A DNA stretch of 64,000 nucleotides, taken from positions 5,873,419 to 5,937,418 of the forward strand of contig CM082578.2 of NCBI GenBank assembly GCA_040954595.2. Direction: 5' to 3'. Numbering within the stretch: position 1 is the stretch's first letter; every line of letters starts with the position of its first letter. Under the pieces are notes generated by a model. It did not search any database, was not told where the DNA came from, and was given only the letters and a program-made list of their open reading frames with translations. The position numbers were made by a program, and so were the translations under genes. This document shows positions 53,101 through 64,000 of the stretch, piece after piece. The DNA comes from Balanoglossus misakiensis. Its lineage: Eukaryota > Animalia > Hemichordata.

Positions 53101-56100
53101 GTTTTGAAAATATACCATTGATTAGAAAAGTTCAACTTTGCAACTTAATAAAAATCGGTGGAATGTTTCCCATCATAATGATGTGATACTGGCATCTACA
53201 AATACGTTTCAACGAAGTTCGTAAAGTAATTTTCGGTGTATGCGGATTCTGTCATACACGAGCTAAAATCATAACACCTTGATCCTGATAACTTCAATAA
53301 AATTCAAGCCACATCCACAAAAATACATTCATTTCTGACCATCCACCAACATCGATACCTGTCCACTAAAATTGGTTCAAATATGACCCACCGTTTTATG
53401 ATATCGATGACACAGACAGAAAACAGACAGACAGACAGACAGAATCTTCCCCTATGCGAATACGGAAGCTAGCACGGGCCAGTCTGTATATACTTCTATA
53501 AGCCACCATGTATGTATTGGATTGATCCTGACTTGTTCAGTGCAGTTAAGTTACAATCCAATCCGTCCGTGATCTTTTTGACACATACAACTGAAACAGG
53601 TAAACTAAAGATATTTTTTAACATTTTCGTTCAATACACGCATACAGCTGAAGGTGACATTAGGCTGAGAGGCTCACCGACTCAGTACAAAGGACGTGTA
53701 GAAATATATCACAATGGTCAGTGGGGAACAGTCTGTGATTTCACCTTTGGAAACAATGCTGCAAGCGTTGTGTGTCGTCAACTAGGATATAGGTAATTAG
53801 AAGTTTTGTGATACAATGTATAAAGAATGACCTGCACAAACACACGCGCGCACGCACACACACACAATTTAAACGTTGAATGCCTGTTCTACCTTAGTGA
53901 AAGGTTTGGATTCGCCTATTCATATGCACATTTTGGAAGAGGATCTGGTCCGGTATGGCCGACTCGTCCGCAATGCAATGGAAATGAGGCGGCTCTCACA
54001 GAATGCTCCAATATTGAATCGAGAATGAGACGTCGACCATGTCTGCATCATCGAGATGCTGGCGTTCTTTGTTATGGTAAGTGACGGAAAGTAACTATTA
54101 ATGTGCCTATTACATAAAGTTCCATTTCTATTGAACCATGTGTATTTAGTAGACAATCTTGGTAGGTACGGAATACACGATATCCTCCTTGGTATACTAC
54201 CTACCTGACTTATATGATCCAGGATGTTAGAGTAAAAATGTGTAGATCAGACCCCACTTTGGTGAGATCAGGGGGGCCCATAAGGCTCACGTGTGTAAAT
54301 CCACTGTGTTTTATTGTATTTGAACGAGTTTTAGAACGTTTTAAGTGTGTGCTGATGATCTTAAATTGTACAAGATCCCCTTTATAATGTGAATGACTGT
54401 TATAAATGTTACAACATGTGATATTACAGTAATCCAAATGGTCAGACAATTGGAGGATGTCTCATAACTATACCAACTTTGTATAGTGCTTCGTCTTTCT
54501 TTGGCTAGATTGCCATTTACCAAAGTTTTTTTTATTATTGATAAAATTCAGCTTTATACACATGAGCTGGGCACGTTGCACATTTTTTGAGACGTACATG
54601 TAGGTGTTACACTAGATATACATGTAAAGTAAAGTTTTTTTTCCATACACATCAGTTTAATTATTATTTCTTGGTATTTGGGAGTTACTGTAGACGCTCT
54701 GCGCATGGTTTGCAAAGTTTTTTTTGTTATATCAAAACTGGAGTATGCCGCAACTGTTTCTGACAGTATCGATAAAGTGTACTCCGATAAATAAGACACT
54801 CTTCATCACATCAACTTGATCACATATTTGTTGTAAATTTCATAAGTAGCGTTTTATGATTATTCCTATCTTGATTTGTGTGTACAATTAATTTCCTACT
54901 GTAGTCTGAAGGGCGCGGATATCTCGCATTGTAGTTCGGAAATATCCAATAACAACAATCTTCAAATTTCATATTCCTGGGCTATCAACAATGTAGAAAT
55001 AAAAGCATCTTACTATATGTACCATTTAGTTGGGTCAGATTCCTATTCAATCGCATTCTGACGTTATTTTTACACGTACAACTTGCCATAGTAAACATGT
55101 TAAGTTGTTTATTAATGAATATATTTTCACACATCCAGTTGAAGGTGACATTAGCTTGGTATATGGAATAGATCAGTACAAAGGAACTATACAAATATAT
55201 CACAACGGTCAGTGGGGGAAAATCTGTGATGACGGCTTCGATCAAAATGCTGCAAATGTTGTGTGTCGTCAACTAGGATATAGGTAATTATAAGATTTGT
55301 TAATGACTTATGCTATTGCGTCCATGGCTGCATTTAACCTCTTTTATGGTTGGATCTATTAGTTCTGTACTTCGATATTCACAATTCATACGCCCGCACG
55401 CTCACATACACTGTCACAGAAAGTATTTTGTTTTCTAAACGTCACATTCATGATACTGATCAACCTAAGTCAGAGGTTAGGAACCGCCTAGTATGTAGAA
55501 ACACATCATGGAGAAGAAGGTTTATTAGTTCTGTACTTCGAAAGACACAATTCAGGCGGGCGCACACATACACCCACGGTCGTACACACACGCATGCCAA
55601 ATATAGGGTATTTTGTTTTCTAAACGTTGAATTCCCTATTTCAGTTCCAGTTCTGCAACCGCCTATACAGAAGCATATTTTGGACCAGGACCTCTTGGTA
55701 GTCTGATATGGTTGGATGACGTGAAATGCGTTGGGAATGAAATGGTTCTCACTGAATGCTCCAATTTTGGATGGGGAATACACAATTGTGATATCCATGA
55801 AGGTGCAGGCGTTCTTTGTGCAGGTAAGTGATGGAAAGAGAACGTTTATATGCATAAAATATTAAATAAAGTAGCTGAGGCCAGAAAAAGTCATGTGTCC
55901 ATCTACATTTATATAGTAATCCTACATCACGAAAACTGCATTTCTGACAATATTCATCACATTTGGTGCAGTAACTACTGACTTTGTTAAATTATCAAAT
56001 CAACGGTATTTAAGGATGTACTTTCAGTAAAATTGAAAGTATTGTCATTTTTTAATTGTGGATTTTTGGATTCTCTTTTGTATGTATAATGAAAATCCAT

Positions 56101-58977
56101 ACTAAAATAAAGGGGTCACCGCGCTTGTTTCTGAAATACAGAGCCATGAATTTAATCGATAATAGAAGAAAACTGCTGACTCAGCATTTTTTACCAATGG
56201 TTTGCCTATTGGCAAATATTTTAACGAGATTTATCTCAAATTAGAGCGCGGTGACCCCTATATTTTATTTGACCAATGAATTTATTTTTACTTGACTGAG
56301 CTATGTGTAAAACTTCGTGAAAATGACAATAGTAGATTTCGTTTCCTAGCCATTTTCAATGTAATCCTATAGGAAAAAGACAGGTGCGCGCAGTTTTCCG
56401 GTTTATGTTCTGCGCGTTTTGTGATGCGGGCGTGGTCCACACCTGCACTCGCGGCAAATCATCCCAACCCAGAGGTGATATCGAGCGATTTTAATCTTAA
56501 CAATAAGAAGTACTTACCGGCTTGGCAAAAAAAGCTTTAATAGAAAATAGACATTGGTGTTTCAAAATGTATTCGTATAATTATAGTACTTTTTCTGAAG
56601 CATTTACTAGTAAATGCTTGAGCGGGATTTCATGTCACCGGAGATAAACAGGCTATCAATAAATATTCTACTCCACGAACTAACAATCCGGCTCGATCCT
56701 GTTCTTTTCTTCTGAAATTTATGTCGGCCTCCTAAACTTGATCATAGGGAAACCAAGTATGCCAACGTGTATATATAACCTAAGACGACGTAAACTTGAA
56801 CAAGGCAGTGAAATTGTACCCACAATCCATACATGTTCTTTTCATTTTACACATACAAAATTAAACAAGTAAACTCATGTTATTTCCCAATGAATATGTT
56901 TTCCTTCGATACGTACAGGGCCAGCAGTTGAAGGTGACATTCGATTGGAAGGAGGACCGAATCAGTACAAAGGACGTGTAGAAATATATCACAATGGCCA
57001 GTGGGGAACAGTCTGTGATGACAGCTTTGGTTATAAGGCTGCAACAGTTGTGTGTCGTCAACTGGGATATATCTCCGCCACTAATGGGTAATTACAAGAT
57101 TTATTCTTAAAATGACCTGTACTATTGCGTCCATGGCTTCATTGAACCACTTTCCTGGATGGATTTATTAGTTCTGTACGTCGTTACTCAAAATTCATGC
57201 GGGTGCACACACGCACGCACATATTCACTGCTATGCACAGATAAAGTATTTTGTTTTTAAAGACGTTGAATTCCTGATGTATCTCAGGGTATCTTATGGA
57301 ACCGCCTATGGAGAAGCATATTTTGGAGAAGGAGCTGATCCCATATGGTTAAATGGGGTGCAATGTAGTGGAAATGAAAAGGTTCTCACTGAATGCTCTA
57401 ATAACGGATGGGGAGTACACAGTTGTGACCACTCTGAAGATGCGGGCGTTCTGTGTACAATGAACCATGGTGAGCCCTAATGCACTGACATTCCACCTTC
57501 ATTAAGATGGGTCCCTGGGATCTTTTTGCCCGTTGCTATGGGCCTTTATAGGACACTACACTCAATTTTGATCGAAACCGTTATGAACGTCCGACAAGGG
57601 GCTTGTAACTAGTTAAAAATACACACGATTGTGTGCACACCCCCTGTCCGAGTATGTTTACGGCAGCTACCGCCCGGCCATAGGCCGCCACGCTAATACG
57701 GCAAAGCAGCGGTCAGCGATAGCGTGCGCGTCCTGTAACCACAGTAACTGGATCGAACGCTAAAATCCAATGTTTTGTACACAGAGATTTTGTACCGTTC
57801 ACGAAAATCCCTAAGGCTTTTTTCATAGGCCACGTACGCCAGTCAAATTTGACCTGCTTGTTGAGAACGCACTTCCGCACAGTGTGACGGATCGTTTTTT
57901 CGGTTTTCGTCGTGCTAAGAAGCGATACCGGTGGAAGAGTGCGTCCAAAAACACCCAAAATCGATGACTTTTTCAGGTGTGGTACGGGTATGCTGAAATC
58001 GTAGGATACAACGATAATATTCGAAAACAAAATCCGTCACGATCTTCCCTGGTTCAAGCAACTAATGAATACGTATCAAGTTCGTTTTTGAGGTCACGGA
58101 ATAAAAAGCCTTAGGCTTTTGAAATTTGACCTAACTAATTTGCATATCAATGGCGTCAGGGGGCGCGCGCTCTCAATCGTGCAGATTTTCAACTAGTTAC
58201 CAGCCCCTTGTTAGACTCTGAAAACGGCTTAGTCCAAATCGGGGTGTAATGTCCTATAAAGGCCCATAGCAACGGGCAAAAAGATCCCAGGGACCCATCT
58301 TAAGCCCCTTTCGCCATTTTATACACATACATTACATTGGTTATTTGCAACGAACCTATTTCTCTTCAATTCGCAAAATCCAGAATCTGGCATTCGCTTG
58401 GTAGGAGGACCGAATCAGTACATGGGACGTGTAGAAGTGTGGAGTGGGGGCGACTGGGGAACAGTCTGTGATGATTTGTTTGATGATATTGATGCAACTG
58501 TTGCGTGTCGTCAACTAGGATACAGGTAAATAACAAGATTTGTTATTTTAAATATGACTTGTGCTTGTTCGTTCGCGCACACATGTTAACACATACATAC
58601 ATACATACATACATACATACATACATACATACATACATACATACATACATACATACATACATACATACATACATACATACATACATACATACATACATAC
58701 ATACATACATACATACATACATACATACATACATACATACATACATACATACATACATACATACATACATACATACATACATACATACATACATACATAC
58801 ATACATACATACATACATACATACATACATACATACATACATACATACATACATACATACATACATACATACATACATACATACATACATACATACATAC
58901 ATACATACATACATACATACATGTACATGTACATACATGTACATGTACATACATACATACATACATACATACATACA

Positions 58978-59011
<34 letters not shown>

Positions 59012-59341
59012 CATACATACATACATACATACATACATACATACATACATACATACATACATACATACATACATACATACATACATACATACATACATAC
59101 ATACATACATACATACATACATACATACATGTACATACATACATACATACATACATACATACATACATACATACATACATACATACATACATACATACAT
59201 ACATACATACATACATACATACATACATACATACATACATACATACATACATACATACATACATACATACATACATACATACATACATACATACATACAT
59301 ACATACATACATGTACATACATACATACATACATACATACA

Positions 59342-59375
<34 letters not shown>

Positions 59376-62300
59376 CATACATACATACATACATACATAC
59401 ATACATACATACATACATACATACATACATACATACATACATACATACATACATACATACATACATACATACATACATACATACATGTACATACATACAT
59501 ACATACATACATACATACATACATACATACATACATACATACATACATACATACATACATACATACATACATACATACATACATACATACATACATACAT
59601 ACATACATACATACATACATACATACATACATACATGCATACATTGTACATACATACATGCACACACAAACACATACCATTGTTTTCTAAACGTTGAATG
59701 CCTTATCTATTTCAGTCGAAGGTTTGGAATCGCCTATAAAGGAGCACATTTTGGAGAAGGAGTTGGTCACGTAACGCTAGGTGACCTGAGGTGTCATGGA
59801 AATGAAAATCGTTTCCATTACTGCTCCAAGCCTGGGTGGAGTATCGACAATTGTGAGCACAATCAGGATGCCAGCGTTGTTTGTTCAGGTAAGTGATGTA
59901 AAGTAAACGTTTATGCCCATGAGGAAAACACACACAAAATTGTGTAAAATTGTGCTACTGATGCCATGCCTAAAATCTCTTAGCGACTGTAATATATTCA
60001 GATTTATTGTATAAACGAACTGACTTAATGAAATTTCGTGAATATTTGCACAATTTGTTAGTCAGTAATAATTGAATTGCAATGTTTTACAAAAGTGTAA
60101 TCAAATAGAATAGTCATAGGCGAATTGTTTGCTTGTGAGGTTCTTGACAACATACTTTATTTTATAAACGGCATATTTTGTAATTCGCAAAAAAGACTAC
60201 CAAGAGATCCGTACCATAAACAGATGAAAATATCTCCCGGGAGGGAACCCGGAGAAAATCGAAGAGATTAAAAAATAGTTTAAGGCAAACCAAAACTTCC
60301 CAAGTTCCATACAATTGGGCTATAAGACAACATCTTCCAAAAGAAGATGTTTCATCTTTATATGCCTGACGCCAACTTTGGCCGAAACGGTCTGTTTTCA
60401 TTTTGAGATGCAACTATGTAGATTTTATGGGTACTATACACATGGGGCGGCTAATTCTAATCAGTTTGATTTTCAGGGAAGAGTCGACTTGGTGAATGAC
60501 ATGTTACGTGTACTATATCCCCAGTTGGTATATAAGGGACATCTGATTCAACTATTGCATGATATTTTGCATTCTTCTTTTCCACAGCATGCGTTATTCT
60601 GGAATTTCACAATGCAGACACGAATGTAACTATTTCAAAAGATTTTCCGAATCTGGATACCGTGACAGTCTGTATCTGGTTAATAACGACACAGTCTGGG
60701 CGGGTCTCACTGGTATCCTATGCATCTCCTCAGCACCACGACGTATGGAAAGCCACAGCTGTCTTAAGTCCATTGTTACCATTATACGACGCTTATACAT
60801 CATTATACAATGTGCATATATCATTATACGCTGCTTGTGCAACGTTATACGATGTGAATACATCCTTATACATTGCCCATACATCATTATACGACGCTCA
60901 TACATCTTTATACAATGTGCATACATCATTATACGCTGCTTGTGCATCGTTATACGCTGTGAATACACCATTATACATTGCCCATACATCATTATACGAA
61001 CTCATACATCTTTATACAATGTGCATACATCATTATACGCTGCTTGTGCATCGTTATACGCTGTGAATACATCATTATACATTGCCCATACATCATTATA
61101 CGCTGCCCATACATCTTAATACAATGTGTATACAGCATTATACGCTGTGCATACATCATTATACGCTGTGCCTACATCATTATACGCTGTGCCTACATCA
61201 TTATACGTCGCTCATTCACCATGATACTATGCCCGTTCAACATACGGTGCGCGTTTGGCTTTATACTATGCAGACATGTCATTATGATATGCTATGCCTA
61301 ACCGCAATTCCGTCAAAGAGGGCGCACTTTTCGGGTTTTTCTTTCTTTATTCTCCTGTCAATCTTCGGCCAACTAGATCTCTGAAACTACTGCAGGTACA
61401 CTTCTCAAACTTGCAACAGTGGTCAAGGTCAATGAGTAGATGTGTAGTGGCTTGTGAATATTTAATTAGTCACGTGACCTGGCGGCCTTATTGGATTTCG
61501 TGAAAAAATGCAAATCTCAGATCTCAGAAACTACAAGTCTGATCACCTTTAAATTTGGCGTGCAGGTAGACTACCTTTGTCCATCATTTTTGTAATTGGA
61601 AATTATGCTGTCAAAGTTGCAGGTTTTTTGCTACAATTGTTTTTCTGAAAAACTACTTAAAACTTTAAAAAATCTTCTCCTCCAGAACCAGCGATTGCCG
61701 AGTCACAGGATTCGGGGTATGTGGTCACCTAACCTATGTCTATATAGTATGCGAAGCGCACTGTGATTGGTCTATCGTTATGGCGGCCATATTGGATTTT
61801 CGGAAAACCATTGAAAAATGAAAATTCCGTTTTGTAGCCAAAATGATGACAGCACGGAAAATCTTTTTGTGGATATGAGTCATCATATGACCGGAACTTG
61901 TCACAATTATTATTATTATTATTATTTTTTTTTGGGGGGGGGTCCAATTTTCCCATGACCTTTGACCCAGTTTTAAAACAACTAATTATATATGCATATG
62001 CCTTGTACCTCCTCTTGCAACAGCACCACAGTCATGAAATTTGTGGACATGGGTACCACTGCTACCAGGACATGACACAAAAATTTTGGGAATTTTAGCA
62101 ATGACCTTTGACCTATTTCTGAAACATCATTTTTCTGCATATCTTATTCCAGGCTAACCAATAGGGCTAGAGGTCGTGTGTTTGTTGGACATGGTCCACT
62201 ATGGGGTCAACATTTTATGCCCAAATTTTGGGTGACCTTGGGTGACCTTTGATCTAATTTCCCATATCTCAGCAGCCGCAGCAGTTAGAGCCCTGGCTTT

Positions 62301-63864
62301 TGGGGGGATTGAGCACAATGGAGTCTTACACAAGACTTCATTAATTATGTGCATACCTAATTCTTGGCGAACCAATAGGGCTACGGGTCTGGTTTTTGTT
62401 GGACGCAGACTAGTATGAGGTCCAATATTTTTGCGCAAATATGGGGTGACCTCAGGTGACTTTTGACTTACTTTCCCATATCTTGGTATCCACAGCAGAT
62501 ACAGCCTTGGCATTTGCTGTTTACCATGGGAACCGCTTGTGCCCCGCCAACGCTGCTTGCAGCTTTAATTTAATCTGTACTTGTTATGTATGACATTTTT
62601 CTCACCCAAAAAATGTTTATTCAAGCCGAAAATTTCAAAATTATATCTTTTTATCATCGAAGTATGTTTCTCGATGATAAAATATGTATTAAACAATTTC
62701 TGATGTGCAAAAACTGTGATTTGGTGCCAAAAATATCATACATAACATGTCGAAAGAGTTTGATCAAATATATTCATATTTTTACAGAGTTATACAAACT
62801 TATTTTCATACTCGTACTGCAGATGCCAAACCGCGATGGTCGCCCGAAAATGCTTAACTACATGTACTTTCAGTCTCTCGAAACCAAAACCGAATCCAAG
62901 TCTTACTTCAGTACCGTCATGTGTATAAGTGCGCCCTCTTTGACGGAATTGGGGTTAGGAATAGCATATCATAATGACATGTCGGCATAGTATAAAGCCA
63001 AACGCGCACCGTATGTTGAATGGGCATAGTATCATGGTGAATGAGCGACGCATAATGATGTATGCACAGCGTATAATGATGCACAAGCAGCGTATAATGA
63101 TGTATAAGCGTCGTATAATGATGCATAAGCGTCGTATAATTCTGTATGGGCAGCATATAATGATGTATCCACAGCGTATAATGATGCACAAGCAGCGTAT
63201 AATGATGTATGCACATCGTATAATGATGTATGCATATCGTATAATGATGTATGCACATTGTATAATGATATATGCACATTGTATAATGATGTATGCACAT
63301 TGTATTATGATGTACGAGTGTCGTATAATGATGTACGAGCAGGGTATAATGATGTATGAGCGTCGTATAATGATGTATGGGCAGCGTATAATGATGTATG
63401 CAGAGCATATAATGGTAACAATGGACTTAAGACAGCTGTGGCTTTCCATAACGACGGACTATTAATGTATTACTCTACGGCCGGCATGCTCCTTGTGATC
63501 ACAGGCCAATCGATCAGCACGCCGTTAGTGGTGAACACTGGCACTTGGCACCACGTGTGTGTCACATGGTCATCCGAGAATGGCGCATGGGAATACTACG
63601 ACAACAGCGTCCTCTACCAGAATGGCGATGGCTTAAACCCGGGCGAACCTATACCTGGCGGTGGCCGATTAGTTTTGGGACAGGAACAACTCAACGTCGG
63701 GGGCGGGAACTTCGATACAAATTCGGCACTGGTGACAGGTAGTTTAACAGGACTGAAAGTGTGGACCACAAAACTGTCTGGGAATGACATTGCTGAGGTG
63801 GCAGCGGGAACTCATAAACCGTGGAATAGCGCCCTGCTTCTCATAAATGGCAATGGTGTCCTCC
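47150..63864 (+). CDS. Secreted scavenger-receptor protein: signal peptide + 4 SRCR domains + pentraxin domain; pentraxin exon interrupted by a transposon; gene continues beyond the window
   Basis: Signal exon 47150-47213 ([21 protein letters not shown], phase 1, GTAAGA). SRCR exon pairs 53648-53792/53898-54076, 55139-55283/55645-55823, 56919-57087/57288-57469, 58384-58525/59716-59888 ([27 protein letters not shown]...W, C.GNE, C.H..DAGV.C). Pentraxin exon 60588-60743 + 63457-63864 ([27 protein letters not shown]). Confidence 0.85.
47732..51588 (-). mobile_element. L1/Tx1-type LINE with inverted 5' (endonuclease) segment and 10-bp TSD
   Basis: Minus strand 47732-~50860: A-rich tail and AATAAA, zf-RVT, and RT motifs ([28 protein letters not shown]). 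Plus strand ~50861-51588: APE endonuclease (YAPN, GGD.N, DIWR, FTW, SRLDYF, SDHSAV, GYWKFN). GTGTGGAGAT is duplicated at 47722-47731 and 51589-51598. Confidence 0.9.
49478..49890. mobile_element. MITE (Kolobok-like, TTAA TSD) inserted in the LINE RT
   Basis: TTAA|GGATGTACG...CGTACATCC|TTAA. Removing it restores the RT frame [14 protein letters not shown]. Confidence 0.9.
52538..52920. mobile_element. MITE with ~24-bp TIRs
   Basis: TGTAAAACATGTTATTTTCGCGAG ... CTCGCGAAAATAACATGTTTTACA, with internal TTTTCGCG repeats. Confidence 0.8.
56014..56417. mobile_element. Second, inverted copy of the 49478-49890 MITE (one end truncated)
   Basis: TTAA|GGATGTAC start; reverse-complement similarity along its length (GGGGTCACCGCGCT, CCGGTTTATGTTCTGCGCGT); terminal ACATCC-TTAA missing. 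Confidence 0.85.
57506..58299. mobile_element. MITE with long TIRs and TTAA TSD
   Basis: TTAA|GATGGGTCCCTGGGATCTTTTTGCCCGTTGCTATGGGCCTTTATAGGACA ... perfect reverse complement ending GGACCCATC|TTAA. Inner inverted blocks at ~57596 and ~58187. Confidence 0.92.
58591..59660. repeat. ~1.05-kb (TACA)n microsatellite in SRCR4 intron
   Basis: Direct inspection; interrupted by a few TACATG/TATA units; explains the TYIH/MYVC ORFs. Confidence 0.99.
60744..63450. mobile_element. Fold-back non-autonomous DNA transposon, IS3EU-like (TATGG...CCATA termini, 6-bp TSD)
   Basis: TIRs 60744-61329 and 62927-63450, each containing a 21-bp minisatellite (CATACATCATTATACG-type). ACGACG is duplicated at 60738-60743 and 63451-63456. 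Confidence 0.9.
61330..62570. mobile_element. Probable nested non-autonomous repeat inside the fold-back element (family undetermined)
   Basis: Internal recurring motifs (TGACCTTTGACC, GGCGGCCATATTGGATTTT, CCAATAGGGCTA) and a terminal GCTGCTTGCAGC hairpin-like end; no coding capacity. Confidence 0.4.
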
Positions 63865-64000
63865 GTAAGTATTTTGTTTGAACATCACTTTGCAGTGTCC
63901 TCCTGACTTTTGTTATTGTACTACTATCCTCGTTGATTATTTTCCGGTCATTGTGAGATCTCGCGTGATTTGGTTAAATACCGTTGCAATAGGTTGTTAG

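Noticed and set aside
58505-59896. 463-aa and companion TYIH/MYVC ORFs
   Set aside because: Stop-free translation of the (TACA)n microsatellite; only the last ~57 codons are the real SRCR exon
60559-63465. Cys/Tyr/Ile/His-rich repetitive ORFs and a CRISPR-like appearance
   Set aside because: They are translations of the 21-bp minisatellite in the transposon TIRs. There are no unique spacers or cas genes, and the context is eukaryotic.

Overview
AT-rich, intron-containing eukaryotic DNA, probably from a marine invertebrate deuterostome such as a hemichordate or amphioxus (inferred from gene content and repeat style, not proven). Exons were assembled by hand from GT-AG sites and phase continuity. 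(1) A minus-strand gene with a Gln-rich exon and a PARP14/NMI-type RRM exon, apparently broken by a 1-bp deletion. (2) Two intact 9-exon aldo-keto reductase paralogs (318 aa each), plus a third promoter-only relic. (3) Between the paralogs, a 15-coding-exon gene of ~1322 aa that fuses ARM-like repeats, a Neuralized (NHR) domain and a Mab-21/cGAS-like nucleotidyltransferase with intact catalytic residues. (4) An intronless 195-aa ORF resembling a bacterial/giant-virus protein family, in a gene-dense segment just behind the orphan AKR promoter. (5) A secreted 4xSRCR + pentraxin gene whose pentraxin exon is interrupted by a 2.7-kb fold-back, IS3EU-like transposon. (6) Many mobile elements, including an L1/Tx1-type LINE with a twin-priming-style 5' inversion and TSD, TTAA-target MITEs and long microsatellites. 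Family assignments come from motif recognition; no database searches were run.
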